Below the pieces are notes generated by a model, which saw nothing but the letters and a program-made list of their open reading frames with translations, was not told where the DNA came from and made no database searches. DNA of 64,000 bases, taken from the NCBI GenBank assembly GCA_963662615.2, contig CAXXSR010000001.1, positions 608,001 through 672,000 of the forward strand, in the 5' to 3' direction. The DNA is from Dehalococcoidia bacterium. Its GTDB lineage: Bacteria; Chloroflexota; Dehalococcoidia; Bin125. Position numbers and translations under genes: made by a program. This document shows positions 55,331-64,000 of the stretch, in pieces (within the stretch, counting starts at the first letter, position 1; every line of letters starts with the position of its first letter).

Positions 55331-56863
55331 ATGCTGGCTAAGGTGTTCGGCTGTGCGCTGACCGGACTGACGGGAGAGCCGGTCAGCGTGGAGGTCGACA
55401 TCGCCTCCGGGCTGCCGGCCTTCAACATCGTCGGCCTCCCCGACGCCGCCGTCAGCGAGGCCAAAGAGCGCGTGCGCGCCGCCATCCGCAACGCCGGCGC
55501 CACCTTTCCCCCCAAGCGGATCACCGTCAATCTCGCGCCCGGCGATCTGCGCAAGGAGGGCACCGGCTACGACCTCCCCATCGCCGTCGGCATCCTCATC
55601 GCCTCCGGACAGATGCCGGCCGAGATTGCCGCCGGCAGCGTCCTTGTTGGGGAACTCGCCCTCAACGGCGACCTCCGCCACGTGCAGGGCGCGCTCCCCA
55701 TCGCCGCCACCATCCGCGACCTTGGCTTTCGCCGCCTCTTGCTCCCCGCCGTCGACGCCCCGGAGGCCGCCCTGGTCGACGCTCTCGAGATCGCTCCCTT
55801 CGAGAGCCTCGCCGACGTCATCGCCGTCGCCGCCGGGCAGGCCCCGCTGCCACAGTACGACCGCGCCGCCGCGCCACCGCCCGCCGCCGCCCCGCCGTTG
55901 GAGGTGGACTTTCGCGAGATCCGCGGCCAAGAGCACGTCAAGCGCGCGCTGGAGGTCGCCGCCACCGGCGGGCACAACGTCCTCCTGTCCGGGCCCCCGG
56001 GCGCGGGCAAGACGCTGCTGGCGCGCGCGCTGCCGGGCATCATGCCCCCGCTGAGCAATGCGGAGGCGCTCAGCGTCACCAAGATTTACAGCGTCAGCGG
56101 GACCGTCCGGCCGGGACACGCCCTGATGCGCTAGCGGCCCTTCCGCTCCCCCCACCACACCATCTCCAACGCCGGCTTGGTCGGCGGCGGCAGACGCCCC
56201 CGCCCCGGCGAAATCAGCCTGGCTGACCACGGCGTCCTCTTCCTGGATGAGCTGCCCGAGTTCGGCCTGGCCGCGCTGGAGGCGCTGCGGCAGCCCCTGG
56301 AGGATCGCGTCATCACCATCGCGAGGGCGCAGGGCGCCGTCAGCTACCCCGCCGACTTCATGCTGGTCGCGGCCATGAACCCCTGCCCCTGCGGCAACTA
56401 CGGCGACCCTGTCACGCTCTGCACCTGCTCGGAGGGCGTCGTGCATCGCTACCAGCGTCGCCTCTCCGGCCCCCTGCTCGACCGCATCGATCTCTTCGTT
56501 GAGGTGCCCCGGGTCGACTACGAGAAGCTCGCCGCCCTGGACGAGCCGGAGCCCTCCGCCGCCGTGGGCGCACGCGTCGCCGCCGGTCGCGCCGTCCAGG
56601 CCGAGCGCTTTCGCGACGAGGGGCTGACGCTCAACGCCGGCATGACCCCGCGCCTCGTACGGCAGTATGGGCAGGAGCCGCTGCAGGCGGAGGCGCTCTC
56701 CCTGCTGAAGATGGCCATGGCGCAGCTCTCGCTCTCAGCGCGGGCGTTTCACCGCGTCCTCAAAGTGGCCCGCACCATCGCCGACCTCGGCGGCTCGGAG
56801 GCCATCGCCGCGGAGCACCTCGCCGAAGCGGTCCAGTACCGTCGTCGCAACGCCCACAACTAG
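55331..56863 (+). pseudogene. comM: ComM/YifB Mg-chelatase-like AAA+ ATPase interrupted by an in-frame TAG at 56132-56134
   Basis: VGLPDAAVSEAKERV, GPPGAGKTLLA, then LMR*RPFRSPHHTIS in the same frame, PGEISLADHGVLFLDE, NPCPCG, SGPLLDRID. Confidence 0.85.
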
Positions 56864-56928
56864 CGTCCGGGGACGGGCCCGCGTCGCGCTCCCCGCCGCC
56901 GACGGTGCTACCCTGGCCCCACGCACAC

Positions 56929-57004
<76 letters not shown>

Positions 57005-57303
57005 ACGCCATTCGCGTCGCTTTTTCCAAGTCGATAGCGGTACCCACGCAGCCGCGTCCGGTCCGCGTCGCCGGCCCCTTTCGCCGTTGACACCATGCGC
57101 AACCCGGCTAGCCCCTGCGGGCCGCGCAGCGTGGAGCCGTAACAGGGCCACGGAACGGCGCTGAGGGCACCGACAAGGTCAGTTTCGCGGCCTAGCCGTC
57201 GCGGCCCGGGGCAGTCCGCGACACCACGCCGATCCCCGCCGTGTTAGCCTAGGAATACGGTCCTGGCGGGCCCTTCACGACGGGGAACGGCGGAGGTGCA
57301 GCC

Positions 57304-58203
57304 CTGGCACGCCGAGGACGGAGCGAGCGCACACGCCCCCAGCGGCTTGCCCGTCGACAGGCCGACAGCCGTGGCTTCGACCGCGGCGGCGCCGTTCCCT
57401 TCTACCGCTCTCGCTGGTTCAAGCCGTTGATCGCGTTCGCTGTCATCGGCTTCATTGCCGGCCTCCTCGGCGGCAGCCTCTTCTTCCTCATCGGGAACGA
57501 CCCCCCCGGCAGCAGCGGCACTGGCGCCACGACGGCCACGCAGGGCGCCGTTCGCCGCCTGCCCCAGGAGTCCACCTCCGAGATCGGGGCCGTGGAGGGC
57601 AAGCCCCAGTTTAATGCCCCGCCGGCTCTGACCCTGGACACCGGCAAGTCCTTCCAAGCCCTGCTAGAGCTGGAGGAGGGCGTCGTCAGTATCGAGCTCT
57701 TCGACGACGTGGCCCCCCTGCACGTCAACAACTTCGTCTTCTTGAGCAACGAGGGCTTCTACGACGGCCTCACCTTCCACCGCGTCGTGCCCGGCTTCGT
57801 GGCCCAGGCGGGCGACCCCACCGCCAGAGGCAGCGGCGGCGCGGGCTACGACCTGCCGGACGAGGACGTGGGCGCTGACCCCTCAGCCTTCTCGCTCGGC
57901 GCGCCCGGCATCATCGCCATGGCCCGCAGCGGGCGCGGCGCCTCCTCGTCGCAGTTCTTTATCACCCTCACGCCCCAGGAGCGGCTGGACGCCCTGGGCT
58001 TCACTGCCTTCGGGCGTGTGATCGACGGGCTGGGCCTCCTCCAGCAGCTCCCCGATCGGGATCCCGCCCAGCTCCCGGCGCCGCCGGCCGGCGCGCGCAT
58101 CCTTTCCATTACCATTCAAGAGACTGGCTCTGCTGCCGCAACCGGCCCCGCCGACGCAGCTCCCGACGACGGCACCTCCGCCGCGCCCCGCGAGGGCGAG
58201 TAG
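57304..58203 (+). CDS. Membrane-anchored cyclophilin-type PPIase; probable CTG start
   Basis: GGAGGT-N6-CTG, Arg-rich N-terminus then a TM helix, FYDGLTFHRVVPGFVAQAGDP, SQFFIT, AFGRV. Confidence 0.88.
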   Translation: MARRGRSERTRPQRLARRQADSRGFDRGGAVPFYRSRWFKPLIAFAVIGFIAGLLGGSLFFLIGNDPPGSSGTGATTATQGAVRRLPQESTSEIGAVEGKPQFNAPPALTLDTGKSFQALLELEEGVVSIELFDDVAPLHVNNFVFLSNEGFYDGLTFHRVVPGFVAQAGDPTARGSGGAGYDLPDEDVGADPSAFSLGAPGIIAMARSGRGASSSQFFITLTPQERLDALGFTAFGRVIDGLGLLQQLPDRDPAQLPAPPAGARILSITIQETGSAAATGPADAAPDDGTSAAPREGE

Positions 58204-58239
58204 CGCCGGCTCCGCAGGACGCCGGAAGAAAGGCATTAC

Positions 58240-58743
58240 ATGGCCAAGCAGTACGAAGTGCGGCCGGCCATGGCGCTCCATTCCGACAAGCTCTATCGGG
58301 CTACCATCCAAATGGCGCGTGGGGGCTCCTTCACCGTTGAGCTGTTTCCGAAGGCCGCGCCGGAAACGGTGAACTCGTTCGTCTTCCTTGCGCAGGAAGG
58401 CTTCTTCAACGGCGTGACCTTTCACCGCGTTGTCCCGGGCTTTGTGGCGCAAGCGGGCGATCCCACCGGCAGCGGCGGCCCCGGCTACCAGCTTCCCGAC
58501 GAGGTCAACGACCTCAAACATCGGGCCGGCGTTCTGGCCATGGCCAAGGCCGCGGAGCCCAACTCCGCCGGTAGCCAATTTTACATAACATTGGCCCCGC
58601 AGGCCCACCTGGACGGCAAGTACACCGTCTTTGGCAAGGTCCGCGACGGCATGGACACGGTGCATGCCATCGCGCCGCGCGAGCCTGGACCCGGCGTGGC
58701 CCCCGGCGACGCCATCGAGTACGTGACGATCACCAGCGAGTAG
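58240..58743 (+). CDS. Cytosolic cyclophilin-type PPIase
   Basis: FHRVVPGFVAQAGDPTGSGGPGY, AGSQFYIT, HLDGKYTVFG. Confidence 0.93.
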   Translation: MAKQYEVRPAMALHSDKLYRATIQMARGGSFTVELFPKAAPETVNSFVFLAQEGFFNGVTFHRVVPGFVAQAGDPTGSGGPGYQLPDEVNDLKHRAGVLAMAKAAEPNSAGSQFYITLAPQAHLDGKYTVFGKVRDGMDTVHAIAPREPGPGVAPGDAIEYVTITSE

Positions 58744-58949
58744 CGCGCCGCTCCGCGCGCGCGAGCGCCGCGCACGGTCCCCCTCTCGCTTCATTCCCCG
58801 CCGATGATCGGAGAGGCGGCCGCGGTCGCCGGACCCGTCGGCGCGCGCCCGCCCGCAAGACGGGAGTGCCGCCAATGCGACGCGGTGCCGAGGCGAGGCA
58901 GCGCCGTCCGCGGCGCGGCCTGCCTGATCTCGGCAGGGGCTGGTAAGGG

Positions 58950-59174
58950 TCAGGGCGGATCGCTCGGATCGCTCCGCCGCTCCGGAATGAGCCGCTCCAC
59001 CACGTACAGCAGAGACAAGAACGGCCAGAACGTGACGATGGCCACTCCGGCCCACACCCATTCCGCCGCCACCAGCGCCAGGACGGCCACCGAGAAGGTG
59101 AGCCCCATCCCCAAGATGGAGACGACGCGCGCAACGACAGCGAGTGCAGGAATCCGCGGATCCTGGATGGACAT
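58950..59174 (-). CDS. Small membrane protein (74 aa, two TM helices)
   Basis: MSIQDPRIPALAVVARVVSILGMGLTFSVAVLALVAAEWVWAGVAIVTFWPFLSLLYVVERLIPE. Confidence 0.65.
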   Translation of the reverse strand: MSIQDPRIPALAVVARVVSILGMGLTFSVAVLALVAAEWVWAGVAIVTFWPFLSLLYVVERLIPERRSDPSDPP

Positions 59175-59375
59175 GATCGCGCCCGAGCGTAGCACCGTCC
59201 CCTGCCGGCAACAATTCGCGGTGGGACCGTGACCAGCCGCGACTGTCCCCCCAAGCGTCGGCGCCAAGGCGGGACCGTCCCCCGGCCCGGGCGCGGCGAC
59301 GCACCCTGTCCGCCCTCCGGGAGCGACGACTGCGACCGCCATCTCGATCGGCCGCCCGGTACGGCCCGATACGGA

Positions 59376-62348
59376 CTAGCTCTGTGCAGCCACCTGCTCC
59401 CATGCCAGCGTCACCGTGCCGCCGCTGCCATTGAGGATGAAGAGGCCGTCGAGCCGGTCCACGGTCGTGACGGTGCTCAGGAAGGCGGGTTCGCCGCGCC
59501 GGAAGACGTCGTACCCCTGCGTGGTGGCGTCGTAGCGGAAGGCGGCACTGACCTCGGCCGGCAGAGCGGCCAGGAGGTCGGCCAGCGCCGTCCCCGCCCC
59601 GCCGGTGTAGCCGACGAAGGTGAACCCAGGCGGCAGCTCTACGCTCACCGGCCCCGCCGCCAGCGCATCCGCCCAGGTCAGACTGACCGCCGCCGCGCCG
59701 GCCGGCAGGCGCACGACGAGGACATCCTGCTGGTTAACCGTGAGCAGCGTGTTCAGCCCCGGCACGACGACGTCGGGGCGATGGACCAGCCAGGTCTGCG
59801 TGGCCGCATCGAAGCGGAAGACGGCCTCGAGCGACGGGCCCATGGCGGCGGCCACCTCCTCGATAGGCGTGGCGTCCGCGCCGGGGAAGACGATGGCGTT
59901 GAAGCCGCCCACCAGCGCGAAGGTCACCGTGGCCACAGCGACCTCGACCGTCGTGCTCTCGCCGGGAGCGAGCACCGATTCCGTCCCGTCGCTGGTAACC
60001 GTGACGTCCGCGGCGCTGTCGGGCTCGTTGGCCACCGTGTAGGTGCCATCGCCGTTGTCGGTCACGGTCGCGATGGCGCCGCTGGCAAGCGAGACGACGA
60101 TCTCCCCCTCGCCCAGGAGGAGTTCGACCGATCCTTCCGTGACCGTCACGGTGACGGAGCCACAGCTGAAGGTAACGGTGTCGCCATCAGTGAAGATCAA
60201 CTGGAAGCCGTCGCAGACGCTCACGGTGGCCGTGCCGGCCCCGCCGACCGCCTGGATCACGACGCCGGCGCCCGCATCATCCGTCACGGTGACGGTCAAG
60301 CCACCCCGATCGGTAATGGTTCCGAAGTTGCCGGCGCCGTCGTCGAACGCGTCCGAGAAGACACCGGCGCCGGTGCCGATGTGGTCGGCAATCCCGTCGC
60401 CGTCGAGCCCTTGAAACTCGAACGCGCCGATGTCGCTGATGCCCACGCGGGGCAAGCCGCGCTGGTCGGAGGGCGGCGCGCCGATGTCGCTGCCCGCGTG
60501 GATCGCCGGGCTGCCTACGAGTAACGCGTGCGTCCGGGTGGGCCCACCGTTGTCCTGCAGTGGCCCCAGCAGCGGATCGACCGCAGGTCGATCGCCCCCC
60601 GCCACGAGATTACAGCTCCCGTTCCCATCGATGTTGTGCCCCAACGAAGTGACGGGCCCATCGCAGTCGAGCGCCGTGTTCCCCGCGATGATCGAGTTCT
60701 CCAGCGTGGGCAGGGAGAGTGCGCCCCCCTCGTTGTAGATGCCGCCGCCGGGTCCGCCCGTGCTCATGTTCGCGGTCACGGTGCTGTTGAGCAGCGTGGT
60801 CGAGGTGGGTCCGGCGATATAGATGCCGCCGCCGCCGGTCATCCCTAGCGCACTGTTGCCGCTGACGGTGCTGTTCGACAGCGTCAGGGTGACGTTGTTG
60901 AAAATCCCGCCGCCGCCAATCAGGTGCGCTGTGTTGGCGCTGATCGTGCTGTTCGTCAGTGTCGCCTCGCCGGAGTTCGAAATCCCGCCGCCGCGGCTAG
61001 CGTTGTTGCCACTGACGGTGCTGTTCGACAGGGAGAGCGTGCCCAAGCTGTAGATGCCGCCGCCCGTCCCAGCGATGTTGCCACTGACGATGCTGTTCGT
61101 CACGGAGAGCGTGCTACGGCTGGCGATGCCGCCACCGCCGCCCATGCTCGCCGTGTTGCCGCTGACGGTGCTGTTCGTCAAGGAGAGAGAGCCACTGAGC
61201 ACGTAGATGCCGCCGCCGGCAGGCCCGAGCGTAACCGCGAGGTTGCCGCTGATCGTGCTGCTCGTCAGCGTCGCCGTGCCGCTGTTGAAAATCCCGCCGC
61301 CCTGCCCCGCCTTATTGCCGCTCACAGTGCTGCTCGTCAGCGTCGCCGAGCCGAGGTTCGATATCCCGCCACCGGCGAATTCCGCCGAGTTCTCGCTCAC
61401 GATGCTGTTCGACAGCGTCAGGGACAAGGTGTTCGTGATGCCGCCGCCGGCGTTGCCTACCCCGGGCGCCCTGTTGAAGCGGATGGTGCTGGCCGTCAAC
61501 GCCGCTGTGCCGCCGTTGAAAATCCCGCCGCCCCCCGCCGCCGCCGTGTTGCCGCTGACGATGCTGTTTGTCATGGAGAGCGTGCCATTGATGATGTTGA
61601 GGATGCCGCCGCCGATCCCGTCCGCCGTGTTGCCACGGATGGTGCTGTTCGTCACGGCGAGAAGGCCAGCGCCGGCGTGGTAGATGCCGCCGCCATCGCC
61701 AGCACCCGTCGCGTTGATCAGGAGGGCCGTCGTGACTTGAATGCATGAGCCACTGCCTGAGATCGCGGTGTTGCCGCTGACCGTGCTGTTCTCCAGCGTC
61801 AAGGTCCCAGCGCTGCGGATACCGCCGCCCGGGCCACAGGTGCGGCCACCGCTAACCGTCACCCCGGAAAGCGCGAACCCGGCAGTGCTCAACACGTCCA
61901 AGACTCGGTCGACGCCGCCCCCGTCGATGATGGTGCTGTCCGGGCCCGCCCCATTGATCGTGACTTTCCCGCCCGAAGCGACGATGTCCAAGTCGCCGGT
62001 CGCCGCCGCATCCTCTTCCCCACCAAAGATCGTCAGCCCGTAGGTCCCGGCAGGCAAGGTGATCACGTCATCGCCCGGGAGGGCGTTCGCCTCCTGAATC
62101 GCGGCTCGGAGCGTGCACTTCTTGAAGAGCGGCCCCTGCGCCGCCGCACGAGCGATCACGAGGGGCGGGGTCGCGTCGCACGACCCGTCACCCGGCGCCA
62201 CGTCCGCTGCGTCGTCCGTGCTGCTGACCGTGAAAGTCGCCCCCTGCGCCTCGCCCTGCGTGGGGACGAGCGCCAGCATCGCGGCCAGCACAATTGCGAC
62301 GGCGAGGCCGCCCAGGCGCAGCCACCGAGCAAGCGCGCGTCCCTGCAT
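59376..62348 (-). CDS. Secreted CSLREA-domain / choice-of-anchor Q protein with beta-helix (Pmp-like GGGI) repeats and a duplicated C-terminal domain
   Basis: Signal peptide, [11 protein letters not shown], many GGGI.N...L..STVSGN repeats, [30 protein letters not shown]. Confidence 0.88.
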   Translation of the reverse strand: MQGRALARWLRLGGLAVAIVLAAMLALVPTQGEAQGATFTVSSTDDAADVAPGDGSCDATPPLVIARAAAQGPLFKKCTLRAAIQEANALPGDDVITLPAGTYGLTIFGGEEDAAATGDLDIVASGGKVTINGAGPDSTIIDGGGVDRVLDVLSTAGFALSGVTVSGGRTCGPGGGIRSAGTLTLENSTVSGNTAISGSGSCIQVTTALLINATGAGDGGGIYHAGAGLLAVTNSTIRGNTADGIGGGILNIINGTLSMTNSIVSGNTAAAGGGGIFNGGTAALTASTIRFNRAPGVGNAGGGITNTLSLTLSNSIVSENSAEFAGGGISNLGSATLTSSTVSGNKAGQGGGIFNSGTATLTSSTISGNLAVTLGPAGGGIYVLSGSLSLTNSTVSGNTASMGGGGGIASRSTLSVTNSIVSGNIAGTGGGIYSLGTLSLSNSTVSGNNASRGGGISNSGEATLTNSTISANTAHLIGGGGIFNNVTLTLSNSTVSGNSALGMTGGGGIYIAGPTSTTLLNSTVTANMSTGGPGGGIYNEGGALSLPTLENSIIAGNTALDCDGPVTSLGHNIDGNGSCNLVAGGDRPAVDPLLGPLQDNGGPTRTHALLVGSPAIHAGSDIGAPPSDQRGLPRVGISDIGAFEFQGLDGDGIADHIGTGAGVFSDAFDDGAGNFGTITDRGGLTVTVTDDAGAGVVIQAVGGAGTATVSVCDGFQLIFTDGDTVTFSCGSVTVTVTEGSVELLLGEGEIVVSLASGAIATVTDNGDGTYTVANEPDSAADVTVTSDGTESVLAPGESTTVEVAVATVTFALVGGFNAIVFPGADATPIEEVAAAMGPSLEAVFRFDAATQTWLVHRPDVVVPGLNTLLTVNQQDVLVVRLPAGAAAVSLTWADALAAGPVSVELPPGFTFVGYTGGAGTALADLLAALPAEVSAAFRYDATTQGYDVFRRGEPAFLSTVTTVDRLDGLFILNGSGGTVTLAWEQVAAQS

Positions 62349-62692
62349 CCCAGTCCTCCGCTCAGCAAGCCACTGCCACGCCCGGAACGGGCATCATCCG
62401 GCACGAGGGCGGCGAGGATAGCAGAGCGGGCTGCGGAGTCGAAAGCAGTGGGATCGGAAGCATCGGCCCAGCTCCTTCGCTACAAGGGCGTGTGCTGCCG
62501 CGGTCACTGGGCGCGCTGCCCCTTCGAGCGCCATTCTTATGGGTTCCGCTTTTTCGCGGCCGGAGGGCAACAGATCGAACCGCCGTGATGGGAGAAGGCG
62601 CTCTTCCGATCAGGGAAGGCAGGAGGAGCAAGAGAGGTCAACGGCACCATTGACGCCATCGCGCCTGCGCGCGCTCGCGGCGCCCGCCGAAC

Positions 62693-64000
62693 CTAGTCCA
62701 TCTGCGCCCGCTGCAGCTTGCCGGAGTAGTCCACGTACACCGTCTTCCACTCCGTGTACGTGTCCAGCGCGGCCTGGCCGGCTTCCCGATGCCCGTTGCC
62801 CGTCCCCCGCGTGCCGCCAAAGGGCAGCTGGATCTCCGCGCCAATGGTGCCCGCGTTGACGTAGACCAGCCCCGTGCTGATCCCCTCGATTGCGCGAAAC
62901 GCGTGCGTCACGTTCTGCGTGTAGACGGACGTGGAGAGCCCGTACGGCACGCTGTTGGCGACATCGATCGCTTCTTCCAGGCCGTCCACCGCGATCACTG
63001 CGGTGACCGGCCCGAAGATCTCCTCCTGTGCAATCCGCATCTGCGGCGCCGCGCTGGTCAGCACCGTCGGCTCGAACCAGTAGCCGTCCTCGCCGCCGGC
63101 AACGCTGCCGATCGCCCCGCCACACGCCACCGTCGCCCCCTCCTCCCGGCCGATGGCCACGTAGCGAGCGATCTTCTCCAGCTGTGACGGATTGATGATC
63201 GGCCCCACGTCCGTGGCCTCGTCCATACCGGGACCGAGCCGCAGCCCCTTGGCGGCGTCGATCAGGCGGGCGCCGAACTCCTCCTGGATCGGTCCCTCTA
63301 CGATCACCCGGCTGGCGGCGGTGCAGCGCTGGCCGGAGGTCCCGAACGCGCTCCAGAGCACTCCCGTGAGCGCCAGATCCAGCTCCGCGTCGGCCAGAAC
63401 AATGATGGCGTTCTTGCCCCCCATTTCCAGGTGCACTCGCGTGCCCGTCTCGGCGCAGCGGACAGCCACCTGCCTTCCCACCGCGTTCGATCCGGTGAAC
63501 GAGATCAGGTGGACGCCGGGATGGTCGACCAGGGCGGCGCCCGGCTCGGCGCCCTCCCCCACCACCAGATTGACCACGCCGCCCGGGAGGCCCGCTTCCT
63601 CCAGCACTCGCACCAGGTTCCAGGCGCTCTTGGGGGTGAATTCAGAGGGCTTGAAGACCACCGTGTTGCCGCCAATGAGGGCCGGCATCAGCTTCCAGGT
63701 CGGGATGGCGACGGGGAAATTCCAGGGCGTGATTGCGCCCACGACGCCCACAGGCTGGCGCACCGCCATGGCGAACTTGTCGGGCGACTCGGACGGCACC
63801 GTCTCGCCGGACAGTCGCCGCCCCTCGCCCGCCATGTAGTAGGTCATGTCAATGCCCTCTTGCACGTCGCCCCGGGCCTCCGGCAGGACCTTGCCCATCT
63901 CCTCCACGAGATCGCGCGCCAGCTCCTCCTTCCGCGCCGCCATCATCTCCGCCGCGCGGAAGAGGATCTCGCCCCGTCTGGGCGCGGGCGTCGCCTGCCA
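62693..64000 (-). CDS. NAD(P)-dependent aldehyde dehydrogenase (5' end off the window)
   Basis: ITPWNFP, FKPSE, FTGS, LEMGGKN, GQRCTA, EEIFGPV, PFGG. Confidence 0.95.
   Translation of the reverse strand, partial: WQATPAPRRGEILFRAAEMMAARKEELARDLVEEMGKVLPEARGDVQEGIDMTYYMAGEGRRLSGETVPSESPDKFAMAVRQPVGVVGAITPWNFPVAIPTWKLMPALIGGNTVVFKPSEFTPKSAWNLVRVLEEAGLPGGVVNLVVGEGAEPGAALVDHPGVHLISFTGSNAVGRQVAVRCAETGTRVHLEMGGKNAIIVLADAELDLALTGVLWSAFGTSGQRCTAASRVIVEGPIQEEFGARLIDAAKGLRLGPGMDEATDVGPIINPSQLEKIARYVAIGREEGATVACGGAIGSVAGGEDGYWFEPTVLTSAAPQMRIAQEEIFGPVTAVIAVDGLEEAIDVANSVPYGLSTSVYTQNVTHAFRAIEGISTGLVYVNAGTIGAEIQLPFGGTRGTGNGHREAGQAALDTYTEWKTVYVDYSGKLQRAQMD

Noticed and set aside
56132-56134. Genome-wide TAG recoding or pyrrolysine insertion
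   Set aside because: TAG is the normal stop of many genes here (nuoL, nuoN, dnaX, rel), prfA is intact, and the position is a variable non-catalytic residue.
60700-61860. CRISPR-like periodic repeats (GTTGCCGCTGACGGTGCTGTT-like)
   Set aside because: These are coding repeats (NSTVSGN/GGGI) of the beta-helix protein with degenerate third positions; no cas genes are present.
57005-62690. Genomic island integrated at tRNA-Arg or comM
   Set aside because: I saw no integrase, no repeat of the tRNA 3' end and no mobile genes.

Overview
A high-GC bacterial chromosome segment, mostly housekeeping genes. Gene content and order suggest Chloroflexota, probably class Dehalococcoidia (inference only). 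From left to right it carries a DUF192 lipoprotein (partial), an isolated cheR, tRNA-Ile2(CAU), a Nudix hydrolase, and a minus-strand run of selA, an AmmeMemo B/A fusion, mutS2, rarA and two hypotheticals. Next come a class V aminotransferase, serA and a DUF1015 gene, then rph, comEA/comEC, argF, cdaA-cdaR-der-plsY-gpsA, HEAT/Nudix/GNAT genes, an SDR, two MaoC-like genes and a PHP gene. The middle holds a complex I-like operon (nuoA,C,D,H,J,K,[DUF2007-like],L,M,N), ybeY, dnaX-ybaB-recR-recO-FmdB, a polyprenyl synthase, tatD, metG, rsmI and guaB3. The right end has prmC, prfA, hisS, rel, comM with an in-frame TAG, tRNA-Arg(CCG), two cyclophilins, a small membrane protein, a large secreted CSLREA/beta-helix protein and an aldehyde dehydrogenase (partial). 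I saw no CRISPR array, integrase or transposase. The most notable signals are: (1) a contiguous nuo operon lacking every Fe-S or flavin subunit (no nuoB, nuoI or nuoEFG), with a small DUF2007-like gene coupled to nuoL and a Rex-like box at its promoter; (2) candidate structured RNAs upstream of dnaX and guaB3 and next to tRNA-Arg; (3) DUF1015 as a candidate third enzyme of phosphoserine metabolism; (4) repeated CUG and leaderless starts; (5) recurrent tandem duplications with a 15-nt period. All family assignments come from motifs recognised by eye; no database search was run.
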